Source: a virus
DNA: 64,000 nt
Reading direction: 5' to 3' (one strand)
Virus record (IMG/VR): IMGVR_UViG_3300045988_179014
Coordinates: 160,001-224,000 of that record
Below the pieces are notes generated by a model. That model made no database searches. It was not told the origin of the DNA and worked only from the letters and a program-made list of their open reading frames with translations. The first letter of the stretch is position 1. Each line of letters begins with the position of its first letter. The translations under genes and the position numbers were made by a program. Positions 38,977 to 49,602 of this stretch are shown here, in pieces.

Positions 38977-41391
38977 TCACATCAAATCATGCAAATCGGG
39001 CAATGCCTCTTCCTCATCTTCCTGCACTGGAATTGATTTAACAGAATGCGAATCAGGTCGCGTCTGACGTATTTCAGGTTTGTAGTTCGAATCATTGAAC
39101 AATGCTTTAAAACTACTTGTTTCCAATGCTGACCTAGATGTACGTGATGAAGCATTGGTCATATTCTTTGCGGTTTGAGAAGAACGAACAACAGGTAATG
39201 GTTTGTCAACAGGTATTGAAAGAACGTCCCGCATATCCGGGTCTAGCTCATCATCCAACGATTCAAAACCAAACCCGCCATCTTCATCTTCTTCTGACAT
39301 CTGGATTGTGTCATATTCATTCATTGAACTGTTACCAGTATATAATGCCGCCAGAGGATGTTCGCTTTCTTCAGAAGATAACATATTCTGTTGTTCCGGA
39401 CCTGGCAACGTGTTCAATGCTGAATCTGTTTTCTCCAATGAAACAGAAACGGTATCTGACTCATCATGACCAATGGAATCAAATTTTGGTTCATAATAGT
39501 TCGCAATGACTTTATCATCCGGAATCATCCAAACTTTCCGTACCAATGCCCCACCTTCATGATTCCGATATCGTGGGTCATCTGGTGATTTGTTGATGAC
39601 AATAGCTGTAGCGCGATAATTGTTTGTTGAGGTTGGAGCACTCAAATTCATGAAAGCCTGAGTGGGCACAATCCAACGTTCCTCTTCACGTGATTGAACA
39701 GTTTGGTTACGACGATTACGCCAATTGCTTGAAAAGAGGAATGTACGATTGTTGTTGGCTTGACTGTAAACAGTGACCATATGTTTCCCAGAAATTTTGG
39801 ACAGTCTGGTAGCCGAATCCTCTGTCGCTCCGCTGTGAACGATAAAGTTGGAACATGTATCCATGATTCCCAACAAATATGCTTCCCCATTGTGTTCAGC
39901 AGCCGCAATTATTTGTTCAAAAGATTGTGAAGACAAAGTCATGGCAATTTTTGATTCACGAGACTTTTCCAACAATGAGGTAACTGCTGTTGGTGGTACT
40001 GCTTGAAACTCATCAATATATACGTTTACTTGGTTTCTGTCTCCAGCATTTCTTCTTCGTGCGGATACAGCATTGAGGTCAGCGAGGATGAGCGACCCCA
40101 TGTAACGCGAGAAGTCTTTTTCCGAGTCAGCATTCAAGGAGAACAGAATCACATTACCCGGCTCTTTCGTCAATTGGTACAAATCAATGGTTCGCGACCC
40201 TTTGGCAGGACGTAACCAACGACCATATTCAGAAGCCATCAATGTGCGCATCTGTCCTTGTAGCGCCCCAAGCTGGCGAGTCAAATCATCAGTACGGTTA
40301 CGAGTTTTCAAAGCAAGATATTCAGCATCTTCTTGAATGTCCGTCCCCTCACATGCTCCTGCCAATTCATCCAAGTTCCCATTGACAGCAGAAGCAATTT
40401 GACAGATGTGTCCATGGTTCCAGTCAATTGATTTGGTTTTGGAACGGTCAGCCAGTCTTAACATGGAAAAAAGAATCTGAAGAATCTGTCTCATATAGCT
40501 TTTGTAGACAGCTGCGGCATTGTCATATTCACGCATGCCCAAAACCATGTCAGCTTTACCAGCACCCCCACTAATCAAAGGGTCATATGTTGCTTGACCT
40601 GGCGATTTAGGAACATCATAACTACCAGGTTCACCATTGACGAAATGATAAAAATTGCATCCATACTCATGAGCCCAAGCAGCAGTTTTGGAAGCCAACT
40701 CAGGAGACCGTTTGAAATCCACAATCACCACTGGCATTTGATTTTTGATGTCATTCAAAATCATTGACAACATGGTAATTGTTTTTCCTGAACCAGCTGA
40801 CCCACTGATAAGAGTTTGTTTCACTGCTTCGGACATATAACGGTAAACGACAGTATCGTTGTCTTCATTCAGTCCTAATGGAGCTTTCTCCTCACTGGCA
40901 AAACTGCCATCCTTCAATTTTTGAATATTCTTGTTACGTTTGAACAATTCAAAAGGTGTTCTGCGATACCGGAAATTATACAACCAACTTCCCTGCAATT
41001 TGAGTTTGTGAGGATTGTTTTTTATCTGTTGAACTTGTACAAAACTGAGAACAAAACCAAATGGACCTGCCAACATGAGATTCACAAGCAACATGGCTGG
41101 AATCATTTCTGTCCAAGTTTCCATAATAGTGGATAGATTATTGAATACTGACAGAAAACGATTCAAGGCATTGGTAGAGGCCCAGACAATCGCCAATACA
41201 ATTTCATATATGAGGATGATTGTAGTGATAACTGATAACTTTTGACGCCCCCACCGTAGCAACAAATAAAAACTGTAACCTACTACAACAGCTGGTAAAA
41301 AAATGATACCAAGCAGGACTAGCAAACCCCATTCGTTGCCGTCCCCGTCCTTGTCATCTTTTTTCTCTTGCTCTGGCCCCAAAAGTAACAC
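38977..41391 (-). CDS. T4SS-type ATPase of the VirD4/TraG coupling-protein or VirB4 family (FtsK-HerA superfamily)
   Basis: The GTG start lies behind GGAGG. Two N-terminal TM helices are present. It has the Walker A 'ISGSAGSGKTITM' and Walker B 'VNVYIDEFQAV'. The long acidic C-terminal tail 'EEDEDGGFGFESLDDELDPD...EDEEEALPDL' is typical of coupling proteins. Confidence 0.65.
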   Translation of the reverse strand: MLLLGPEQEKKDDKDGDGNEWGLLVLLGIIFLPAVVVGYSFYLLLRWGRQKLSVITTIILIYEIVLAIVWASTNALNRFLSVFNNLSTIMETWTEMIPAMLLVNLMLAGPFGFVLSFVQVQQIKNNPHKLKLQGSWLYNFRYRRTPFELFKRNKNIQKLKDGSFASEEKAPLGLNEDNDTVVYRYMSEAVKQTLISGSAGSGKTITMLSMILNDIKNQMPVVIVDFKRSPELASKTAAWAHEYGCNFYHFVNGEPGSYDVPKSPGQATYDPLISGGAGKADMVLGMREYDNAAAVYKSYMRQILQILFSMLRLADRSKTKSIDWNHGHICQIASAVNGNLDELAGACEGTDIQEDAEYLALKTRNRTDDLTRQLGALQGQMRTLMASEYGRWLRPAKGSRTIDLYQLTKEPGNVILFSLNADSEKDFSRYMGSLILADLNAVSARRRNAGDRNQVNVYIDEFQAVPPTAVTSLLEKSRESKIAMTLSSQSFEQIIAAAEHNGEAYLLGIMDTCSNFIVHSGATEDSATRLSKISGKHMVTVYSQANNNRTFLFSSNWRNRRNQTVQSREEERWIVPTQAFMNLSAPTSTNNYRATAIVINKSPDDPRYRNHEGGALVRKVWMIPDDKVIANYYEPKFDSIGHDESDTVSVSLEKTDSALNTLPGPEQQNMLSSEESEHPLAALYTGNSSMNEYDTIQMSEEDEDGGFGFESLDDELDPDMRDVLSIPVDKPLPVVRSSQTAKNMTNASSRTSRSALETSSFKALFNDSNYKPEIRQTRPDSHSVKSIPVQEDEEEALPDLHDLM

Positions 41392-41410
41392 TATCGTTTC
41401 CTCCGTTGTT

Positions 41411-43027
41411 TCATTCCTGGTCAGTTTCCATTACACCAAGAGGGTCAAAATTAAACTTCTCAACCAGTGCAGCATACAAAGGGGTTTCTTGAACAGGAAT
41501 GATGGATGGTACCAAGAATGCTTTGTCCACCTCGATTTTCTCGTCTTCACGTGGGTCATGGAAAGCTTGATTCACCACATCATTGATACCAGCCAGCTTG
41601 TATTCAACACGCTGCACCAATTCCTGTACGTGGTCTCCTGGCATGGGAGCAATGGCATGATTCAATTCTGTAAGAACGGTTCGACGTTTTTCATTGAGTA
41701 TGTAACGTTCCTTTTCCAAAGACTCCAAATCAAAGAAACAATCCGTTGAATCATCACGAGTAGCATCCAATTCAGTACTCACTGTGATTGGTTGACCTTC
41801 AATGGTTTGGATACCTTGTTCCAATGCCAAATACTGATAATCGCCCAAAGCTTTGTTGTAACACGACTGAGACGCTGAAACTGCACGTTCCACTGCTTTA
41901 ACTTGAAGTTCCAAATCATCATTTTGTCTCGATATGTCAACAATATTAGTAATTCGTTCATTGGGTACATTCGCTGTTGACAATTGTTTTTCCAAATCAT
42001 GTGTCAAAGTGGTGTCATCCAATGCTCCAGTCATTCCCTCATGTGGATTGGACATGACTTCGTAATCAAATCCACCATCGTCTGAAATGTTGAATCCAGA
42101 CTCATCAGCTTTCTTGGATGGGCAAGAATAGTCCCAGTCATCATCATTTGGAAGGATTGAACTGTTGTTGGTTTTAAGAAGTCTCATATCCAATGCCTCA
42201 ACATTTTCAGGTTTGACTGCATTTTCCGAAATTGCTGGCAACGCTTCTTCATCGTGCTCTGGTAATCCTTCAATATGGACATACCCCATAGTTACCAAAT
42301 GTTTCAATGAACGAAGAACATCCACCCACAAGAAACCATATGCACAAGATTTCTTCCGTAATGTTTTCAATGTTTCTTCATGTTGTGACACATTCAAAAT
42401 CAAAGATTCTGCGCCATTTTGGGGTTTGGTTTCGACCAGTTGTGATAATTTGGCCTCATCCGCAATTCCATCAATGATTTCACTAGCTACTTTCTCATCT
42501 TTGGGGAGTTGCTCAATCAAGCGAAACAAGTTTAAAGGAGACTCTTCCAGAAAATCCATACTGAAGATTATTCTCTTATCCATGCCTCGTAGGAGTAACG
42601 TCTGAACCTGTTTTATATTGTATTGATTAGCTTTTTTGAATGACTGAACTGTATGGTCTCTCAAAACCGAATCTACTACAGGTATGGCAACTGGTATTTG
42701 ATGTAGAATGTTGTTGTATGATGTTAGCGGTTTGTCGGGATTGTAAAGTTGTTTCACTTTGACTGGGGTGTCTTCAGGAAGTGATGACTCTAAGCTTATA
42801 CGTTCATTCAAAGGGGGAGTGGTTTCGGACAAGGATGCGAACATGATGTTTCCATTACTGGCCCAGATTTTCAGTGTTGAGCCATTGTCCAAAGAAACTT
42901 CCAACAAACATTCGTTTTGATGGATGTCACTCAATGAATTCAGAATAACAGATTGCAAATTGAGATTATGAACATCTTTGTTGTTTTTTACGCGCTTACG
43001 TCTAAAAAATCCCATAAAATGGTCCAT
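41411..43027 (-). CDS. Hypothetical protein
   Basis: 538 aa, no motif recognised. Confidence 0.45.
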   Translation of the reverse strand: MDHFMGFFRRKRVKNNKDVHNLNLQSVILNSLSDIHQNECLLEVSLDNGSTLKIWASNGNIMFASLSETTPPLNERISLESSLPEDTPVKVKQLYNPDKPLTSYNNILHQIPVAIPVVDSVLRDHTVQSFKKANQYNIKQVQTLLLRGMDKRIIFSMDFLEESPLNLFRLIEQLPKDEKVASEIIDGIADEAKLSQLVETKPQNGAESLILNVSQHEETLKTLRKKSCAYGFLWVDVLRSLKHLVTMGYVHIEGLPEHDEEALPAISENAVKPENVEALDMRLLKTNNSSILPNDDDWDYSCPSKKADESGFNISDDGGFDYEVMSNPHEGMTGALDDTTLTHDLEKQLSTANVPNERITNIVDISRQNDDLELQVKAVERAVSASQSCYNKALGDYQYLALEQGIQTIEGQPITVSTELDATRDDSTDCFFDLESLEKERYILNEKRRTVLTELNHAIAPMPGDHVQELVQRVEYKLAGINDVVNQAFHDPREDEKIEVDKAFLVPSIIPVQETPLYAALVEKFNFDPLGVMETDQE

Positions 43028-43102
43028 TCTCTTGGTTAGTTGCCCGGGTAGCTTCTCACTAACCCATTGGTTTCAATATCGCATATGCGCACACCAACGT
43101 CA

Positions 43103-43612
43103 TCAACGATTCATCGCATATTGATACATTTGTTCAAGTAGTGAAACTGTAATTGAATCCTTCAGCTTAGCCATATTCAATAATTCGTTGGCAACCATGT
43201 TACGTTCTCCTATTGACCAGGATTCCAGTACAGCAAAATCCCCTGATAAAGAATAAAACAACCGCGTATCATGTAATGCAACTTCAATTAACGTAATCAC
43301 TCTTTTAGGGTTCTCATACATCAAACGTTCATAATATTCTTTGTAACTAATTGCATGTGGACCATGAACCAACTGAAAATACGGCTTTGTACGAAAAACA
43401 GCTTTGAAAGCAAATTGTTTACTATCTTCTGCTCCTTGAATGATGGGCGCGACGCTATTGAAAACGACTACTTCCTGTACTGGGCCATAACACTCAATAA
43501 ATGTTTTGACATGTGCCCGTTTCTCATATGATGAGTTGATGATGTACTCATTGAATTTTGTGGAATCTGTTATCTCTATTAAATGGATAGCAGAATCAAT
43601 CATAAACTTCAC
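43103..43612 (-). CDS. Hypothetical protein
   Basis: 169 aa. Confidence 0.4.
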   Translation of the reverse strand: MKFMIDSAIHLIEITDSTKFNEYIINSSYEKRAHVKTFIECYGPVQEVVVFNSVAPIIQGAEDSKQFAFKAVFRTKPYFQLVHGPHAISYKEYYERLMYENPKRVITLIEVALHDTRLFYSLSGDFAVLESWSIGERNMVANELLNMAKLKDSITVSLLEQMYQYAMNR

Positions 43613-43616
43613 TTAG

Positions 43617-45449
43617 CTAAATCATGTTGACATGGGACAATTCTTTCTTCTCTTTAGCCAATGCTTGTTCCAGGAAATCAACAGAAGCATTCGGAGACTT
43701 CGCCAAAATATCAAAAACCTGATTACGAACCTCATCCTCCACCCGTTTCCTGTCTTGTTGACGCAAATAATGTCGAACATATTTGAACTGTGTTTTCAAT
43801 GTTGATTCGGTCATGATTTGCGCCAATGGAAACAAATTACCGCCTACCAAAAAATCCATCACCTTGGTAAGCATGAACTGTTCGGGCACGACCACTTGGT
43901 GTTCTGCCATTAAATGCTCCATCTCGTCAACTATAGAACGCAATTCTGACACCAACAATGTTTTTGCTTTAATCAGACTGGGTAGAAAACGCGGTTCCAT
44001 CAATGTCAAAACAATAAGCCGAGCTGAAGCCGAATATATGTTGTTGGTTTTAATATGATGGATAAGTGTTTCCTCATCAACATCTGTAGAGTCGAATTCC
44101 GGGCGTGTTTCTTTCGCCACGTCAGCAGATGGCACATAATGTTTAATTACGGGGGTGGCCTTGTTTACCGCTTCCTGAACTGTGTCGATAGAAGTCAATG
44201 AGTTCAGCGAAACCTGGCGCACAAACTGCTCACGAAGAGGAATGTTAGCAACAGCACGTAGAATCGATGCAGCAGACTCAACATAAGATGACCGTCCTAA
44301 CGGTGTTGACAAATCAAAATTGGCAGCAGTCATGGACAGCACAAACTCCACCAGAGGCACTGCGGAATTTTCAACATATTGTTTCAATTTCTCCGACCCG
44401 TGTGCCATATAGTAATCACAGGGGTCACTGTTGTTCGGGAAAGAAACCACATATGCTTGGTCATGAATGTTGGGAACTGCCTGAAACACTTTGTAAGCTG
44501 CTTCCCGTCCAGCAGCATCCCCATCAAAGCAGAACACTATCCGCCCTTGATTAGTAACTAATCTACGACACAACGCTCCTTGACCTTCTGTGAATGCCGT
44601 GCCTAGAGATGCTACAACATTTGGGATGCCCGATTCCACCAAAGCGACAACATCAAATTGTCCTTCAGCAACATACAAAATTTTGGTTTCATGTGCTGAT
44701 GTTTTAGCTTTGGAGACATTAAACAATGATGAACTTTTATTGTATAAAGGAGTTTCAGGAGAATTTACATATTTCCCCATGCGGTCTGTCTCTTGAAGTT
44801 TACGACCAGAGAATCCGATAGGTTTTCCAGTAATGTCTGTAACAAAGAACATCAATCGTCCCTGCCACAAATCATAGAAAACCCCTTTCTCAGATTTACC
44901 ACACACGCCAGCTTTCAAAATGGTTCCATCACTGTAACCCAATGATTTCAGCTTACGATACAAGGTTTGACGACCTTCAGGTGCATAACCATACAAAAAA
45001 GCGTTTTCATTCAATCCACGACTGCGTATTTCTTCACGAGCAATATGATTGTTAGGAAGTTTACGAAATTCTTTGTAGAAGAAATTGGCTGCATCACGTA
45101 CACAAGAACGAAGTGATTTGTAATCTATATTGTTTTTGTTGTTGCCAATTTCAAGAACTATACCTTTGTCTTCTGCTAGCTTACGTAAAGCTTCAAAAAA
45201 GTCCAGATGCTCATATTTCTCCACAAAAGACAGAATGTCTCCATGCACTCCACAACCGAAACAACGATAATTCTGAAAATGTTCATCCACAGTGAATGAT
45301 GGTGTTTTTTCAGTGTGGAAGGGACACAATCCTTTCCATTTCATACCATGTTGTTTCAGTGAAATACCCGACTGTTGCACATAGTCCACCAAGTTGTATT
45401 GAAGTTTAACTTGGGCCACAACAGCTTTGAAGTTTGTAGTGTTGTTCAT
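43617..45449 (-). CDS. dnaG: DnaG-type DNA primase
   Basis: It has a CHC2 zinc finger 'CPFHTEKTPSFTVDEHFQNYRCFGCGVHGD'. The TOPRIM domain is 'YVAEGQFDVVAL...VFCFDGDAAGREAA'. Confidence 0.85.
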   Translation of the reverse strand: MNNTTNFKAVVAQVKLQYNLVDYVQQSGISLKQHGMKWKGLCPFHTEKTPSFTVDEHFQNYRCFGCGVHGDILSFVEKYEHLDFFEALRKLAEDKGIVLEIGNNKNNIDYKSLRSCVRDAANFFYKEFRKLPNNHIAREEIRSRGLNENAFLYGYAPEGRQTLYRKLKSLGYSDGTILKAGVCGKSEKGVFYDLWQGRLMFFVTDITGKPIGFSGRKLQETDRMGKYVNSPETPLYNKSSSLFNVSKAKTSAHETKILYVAEGQFDVVALVESGIPNVVASLGTAFTEGQGALCRRLVTNQGRIVFCFDGDAAGREAAYKVFQAVPNIHDQAYVVSFPNNSDPCDYYMAHGSEKLKQYVENSAVPLVEFVLSMTAANFDLSTPLGRSSYVESAASILRAVANIPLREQFVRQVSLNSLTSIDTVQEAVNKATPVIKHYVPSADVAKETRPEFDSTDVDEETLIHHIKTNNIYSASARLIVLTLMEPRFLPSLIKAKTLLVSELRSIVDEMEHLMAEHQVVVPEQFMLTKVMDFLVGGNLFPLAQIMTESTLKTQFKYVRHYLRQQDRKRVEDEVRNQVFDILAKSPNASVDFLEQALAKEKKELSHVNMI

Positions 45450-45498
45450 GTATCCATTCTAACGAGATGAGTCGCTTCCACAGAGGGATATATGAACG

Positions 45499-45768
45499 TC
45501 AGAAGTCCCAGTCGTTATCAGTTGTAACTGTTGTATTATTGATATCTGGCCAGTGCATATTGATTTTGTCCATGTTGTGACCACTCCAGGCATCGTTGTC
45601 AATCACAACAACAGGAGCTTCACGAAATTTCATGGCTTTTACTTTCAACAAAGCGTCCCGATTGGTGCTCATGTTGACTTCAGTAAAATTGACTCCGCGT
45701 TTCTCCAACTCATTTTTTGTAGCAGTACAGTTAATACAGTTGTTTTTGCTGTACACAATGACGCTCAT
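45499..45768 (-). CDS. nrdH: NrdH/glutaredoxin-like redoxin
   Basis: 'VIVYSKNNCINCTATKNELEKRGVNFTEVNMSTN' carries the CxxC motif in a glutaredoxin-fold context. Confidence 0.7.
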   Translation of the reverse strand: MSVIVYSKNNCINCTATKNELEKRGVNFTEVNMSTNRDALLKVKAMKFREAPVVVIDNDAWSGHNMDKINMHWPDINNTTVTTDNDWDF

Positions 45769-45870
45769 TATAGAATCCTGTTCTGTTGAAGGGCTTTACC
45801 AACTCCATACATGATACCTGCACTACGCTGAAACCAGTATGAACCTCTTTTGTTGCGTATCTTGAATCAA

Positions 45871-46470
45871 CTACATATTGGAAACATTCTGAAGCCAATG
45901 ACAATAGTATTTGTATTCACACAACGAATCCTGTGCATCCATGAGAGCCCGATGCTTCTTCCCTTTCTCATACCCAAGAACACCTGCATTGGATTGAATA
46001 GCCAATGAAAGACTGGTAACATCAATAGAGCGATGTGATAAGTGTTGATAGAATCGTGGTAAATGAAACGACAGGAAGTTACGGTCCAAAACAATGGTGT
46101 TTCCCCCAAAATATACTGTGGCTTTTTCGTCAACCAAATTCTGTAGCCATCTTGTGAATAAAACATCTGCTTTGTGGTTTTTGATTGATGGTTTATGCCA
46201 CAAATCATGCCATAAACCGGATTGATTGTGCATCACCTGTATCATGGGGTCAGCTGTTGCAATGACATGAGATAAATTACTGACCTGTATCAATGTTTCA
46301 CATGGTTGACCAACAACAGTCCCATCCATATTGGTCAGGATAGCCGCTACCTCCAGCAGTTCATTTAACTCAACAGATGTGCCTGAAGTTTCTACATCTA
46401 TCCATGCAATATATTGGTTTTTGTGGATGGAATGAATTTCCCATGGTGATAAAGTGTCATGTGTACCCAT
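45871..46470 (-). CDS. orn: Oligoribonuclease (DEDDh 3'-5' exonuclease)
   Basis: 'WIDVETSG', 'GNTIVLDRNFL', 'HRSIDVTSL' and 'HRALMDAQDS' align with the Orn motifs WIDLEMTG, GNSIGQDRRFL, YRYLDVSTL and HQAMDDIRES. Confidence 0.8.
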   Translation of the reverse strand: MGTHDTLSPWEIHSIHKNQYIAWIDVETSGTSVELNELLEVAAILTNMDGTVVGQPCETLIQVSNLSHVIATADPMIQVMHNQSGLWHDLWHKPSIKNHKADVLFTRWLQNLVDEKATVYFGGNTIVLDRNFLSFHLPRFYQHLSHRSIDVTSLSLAIQSNAGVLGYEKGKKHRALMDAQDSLCEYKYYCHWLQNVSNM

Positions 46471-46512
46471 GGGAACCTTTCTGCCGTATTAAATGATGAA
46501 ACAAATATCTGG

Positions 46513-46794
46513 TCATTCTGATTCCAGTTCATCATTTTCAGATTTCAATTGTTCAATGAAGTCTTTGATTTCAGAAACCTTGTATCCTTCTTTGGCTCCT
46601 AAAATAATGAGATTGACTATAACCAAATCAGCAAAATCATCTGACTCGGCTCCACGATGAATCTCCATCATGGTTTGTCGAATAGCACGAAGAAACAACG
46701 CTCCCAACTCGATGCGACCATCTGATTCCGTAGCAATCAAAACAGACTTGGAGCGAATCGTTTTTAACAATTCATCAAAACTAGACATGAACAT
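46513..46794 (-). CDS. Hypothetical small acidic protein
   Basis: 93 aa. Confidence 0.35.
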   Translation of the reverse strand: MFMSSFDELLKTIRSKSVLIATESDGRIELGALFLRAIRQTMMEIHRGAESDDFADLVIVNLIILGAKEGYKVSEIKDFIEQLKSENDELESE

Positions 46795-46905
46795 TCCTTC
46801 ACAAAAGATAAAACCCTATGCAATGAAACTCATGACAAATACTATATGGTCAGCAAATGTCAAAGATTAATTGCAGAACATTAACATAAATTCAATATCA
46901 CGGGT

Positions 46906-48135
46906 TTATCGTTGTGATTTCAAATTTTCAAACCATGGTAGAACACGCTGTTTGATGTATCTTTCTATGTTTCCATGCCCTGGATAAATTTCATAGTTCC
47001 AGCGCAAATAATACCTTTTCACCAATGAATCCTGTATTGACACATTGATGTGCAACTCATCCAAATTTGTAACATATAAATAATACAACCCACGTATACG
47101 ATACGCAGTCGGTATCGAAGAAGCCCATTCCAATGAAGAAGCAACTTTTGTCTCTAGAAGACCAACAGGGGTGTTTGAATCCCTATCACACACTACATTG
47201 TTCAAATCAATCACTTGCCATGGATGTTCGGGATTTACATATTGCTGGTTTACTTTGACCACACGATTTTTCCCTTGTTGGAATTTTGCATAATCATTCA
47301 GAAGTCGCGGTCCCCAAACTGCTTCTTGATATCTGCGAGCTTTTCGTCGCCAATCTACCTCCCCAGCTTCATCATTGTTGAACCTTTTGGGAATACCCTG
47401 AACTTTGATTTGTTCAATTCTATTGAACAGCTGTTTGATACGTTGATTTTTCGGGTAGGCTGTAAAATCGTGTAACGCGAATAGTCCCACGTCAGATGCA
47501 GTAATTGTGTCACAATAAGGGACGAAATTTGTGTCACCGTCCTCCAGTTGTGTTATTGGAACGGTATCCCCAATAGGACCGAAATTAGCATCAATGTCAT
47601 ATTTTTGCTTGAAATGCGGACTTTCTGTCAACGCTTCCACCAACATGGTCGTGGTTCTTCGATATGATTCATGATTACGAACCAAACTGGCATATGTTTC
47701 CTCATCATATGGACACATAGGTTTTCTGTTCAATGGAGACCGTGCCCATAGTAACTCCCAATTGGCCATAGTGCGTTTACCACGTTCCACGACAAGAGAA
47801 TCAGCGACCTTCCATGATTTGCGCGACTCATCCACTAACTCTTGTAAACGTTCAGCATCAGCGCCATCCATACAATCAATCAAATTGTTCTCAAGGATTC
47901 GCTTCTCAATTTTCTTGGAATGGTTCTGGGTAGACTTATCTTCCTTGTGATGCGATTGAATGGTCTTAAAACGATTAGCCATCATAGTCAAAGATGCTTC
48001 TTGGGCTTCAGCTTTCGTATCATAATGGTTTTCTTCAACACCTTGACCATAACGACATTTTTCTGGGGAGGTTGAACAACGGTTCACTTTACCAGTTTCA
48101 GGGTTAACATGAAATTTCTTTGAAGCCATTACCAT
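46906..48135 (-). CDS. Hypothetical protein
   Basis: 409 aa, no motif recognised. Confidence 0.4.
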   Translation of the reverse strand: MVMASKKFHVNPETGKVNRCSTSPEKCRYGQGVEENHYDTKAEAQEASLTMMANRFKTIQSHHKEDKSTQNHSKKIEKRILENNLIDCMDGADAERLQELVDESRKSWKVADSLVVERGKRTMANWELLWARSPLNRKPMCPYDEETYASLVRNHESYRRTTTMLVEALTESPHFKQKYDIDANFGPIGDTVPITQLEDGDTNFVPYCDTITASDVGLFALHDFTAYPKNQRIKQLFNRIEQIKVQGIPKRFNNDEAGEVDWRRKARRYQEAVWGPRLLNDYAKFQQGKNRVVKVNQQYVNPEHPWQVIDLNNVVCDRDSNTPVGLLETKVASSLEWASSIPTAYRIRGLYYLYVTNLDELHINVSIQDSLVKRYYLRWNYEIYPGHGNIERYIKQRVLPWFENLKSQR

Positions 48136-48212
48136 TCTCCATCCTCAAAACGCATGATGGACACTTTTTCTAAAACCCTATAGAACATGGCATCATTATT
48201 TGTTGAACAATT

Positions 48213-48263
48213 ACAACAAAAAACAATGCACCAAGAAGAATTTTTACATCCTGGTGCATTGTT
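48213..48263 (-). terminator. Intrinsic terminator after thyX-like gene
   Basis: A 12-bp stem AACAATGCACCA/TGGTGCATTGTT is followed on the minus sense by TTTTTTGTTG. Confidence 0.55.
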
Positions 48264-48294
48264 TAGGTTATAGTCCTTTATTGACCATCAATCT

Positions 48295-49398
48295 TTATGC
48301 AGAATTTTCAATTTGGCGAGTTTCCTGTTCCAAAATATGGCGCAATTGAACCCAATCAGGGCCGAAATTACTGTGCGCCAGTTCTTTGGCATTCAAACCA
48401 ATGTCATTAGCGCCAGTCACGCTGAAAGCCACATGTTCAAATGGACTGAAGTGCTTGTTATCAAACAGCCGTTCCCCAAGACGGATTGTAGCAGTTGATT
48501 TAGATGCACGAGATTTATCGTTATAGGAGATTTGGGCAGACTCGGTGGCAGACAACATGGCCACATTCCTCAAATCCGCAAAACAGGATACATTGGTTGG
48601 TACTTCATCATGGTCAATAAAAGGCAGATGAAGCCAAGAAACCCGTGGAACTGAAACATTCAATGCTTTTTCAACCAATTTGGCCAATGCAACAATAGCA
48701 GGTTGAGCAGTGTTCAAATCCGTGCGCAATTTGAGGAAATTTTCCCAATATGTAGCTGTGATGATAACTTCGTGCATCATAACAGGTTCCAGAATTCGGT
48801 TCACATCCTGTTTATGAATGGACAATGCTAATGGATTTGGATTTTTTGCATTGTAAACTTCTTCATAGTACAAATCTAGTAGTTCAGAATAACGTGAAGC
48901 CAGTGAACCCAACCCAGTGGATTCCTCCCATGGCATCATTCCATCAAGTAGGAAGTCCAGTACTTGTTCCACACACACATCACGCCATACAAGCCACTTT
49001 TTAACTGCCCGTTTTCTTTCCTCAGCAGACAGGAACACTCCACTCATACCTTTCTGATTACGAGTGAAAAGAGGAATGTGAGGTCTTTGCATGACGTCGC
49101 CAATTGTGGTTTTCACCGAACGCGCACGGGATGAAGCCGAGTTACGAGAGAAGGTTCGATGTGTGTTCACTTCTGGAAGAATAGGGCGGGGGAACCGAAC
49201 GATGACGGTAAACACTCGTTGCCCTTCCCCATTCCTGTCAATGTTCGCAATTGTGTCCTCTACCACAGTTGCTTCAAACCCCTCCAACATGGGGTCATGA
49301 TATGTGAAACGCAAATACGGGGATTGACGGTATGGAAGTTGCACCTCCTGAACCAAAATGTCATCAAAATCAGGAACCAAAGGAGAAGCAATAACCAT
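48295..49398 (-). CDS. thyX: ThyX-like flavin-dependent thymidylate synthase (divergent RHR motif)
   Basis: 'NTHRTFSRNSASSRARS' fits [RT]-H-R-x7-S. 'NRILEPVMMHEVIITATYWENFLKLRTDLNAQ' resembles the ThyX 'R-x-x-LP...T...N-x-R...HF-x-x-LR...AQ' block. Confidence 0.5.
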   Translation of the reverse strand: MVIASPLVPDFDDILVQEVQLPYRQSPYLRFTYHDPMLEGFEATVVEDTIANIDRNGEGQRVFTVIVRFPRPILPEVNTHRTFSRNSASSRARSVKTTIGDVMQRPHIPLFTRNQKGMSGVFLSAEERKRAVKKWLVWRDVCVEQVLDFLLDGMMPWEESTGLGSLASRYSELLDLYYEEVYNAKNPNPLALSIHKQDVNRILEPVMMHEVIITATYWENFLKLRTDLNTAQPAIVALAKLVEKALNVSVPRVSWLHLPFIDHDEVPTNVSCFADLRNVAMLSATESAQISYNDKSRASKSTATIRLGERLFDNKHFSPFEHVAFSVTGANDIGLNAKELAHSNFGPDWVQLRHILEQETRQIENSA

Positions 49399-49602
49399 AA
49401 TAAACCTTTCATGGTTGAATCAATAGACAACTTCCGCCATTCTACCGAAACAACCATTATGGGAATGCCACTGCATATGTCTTCATATCCAATAATCATG
49501 TCAAAATCTAAGCATGTTTAACCTATCTGACATGAAACCATTATGAAAACGATAGAATTCTTAGGCCAAAATGATAACGAAAGTTAAGCGACTTTATAAA
49601 TA

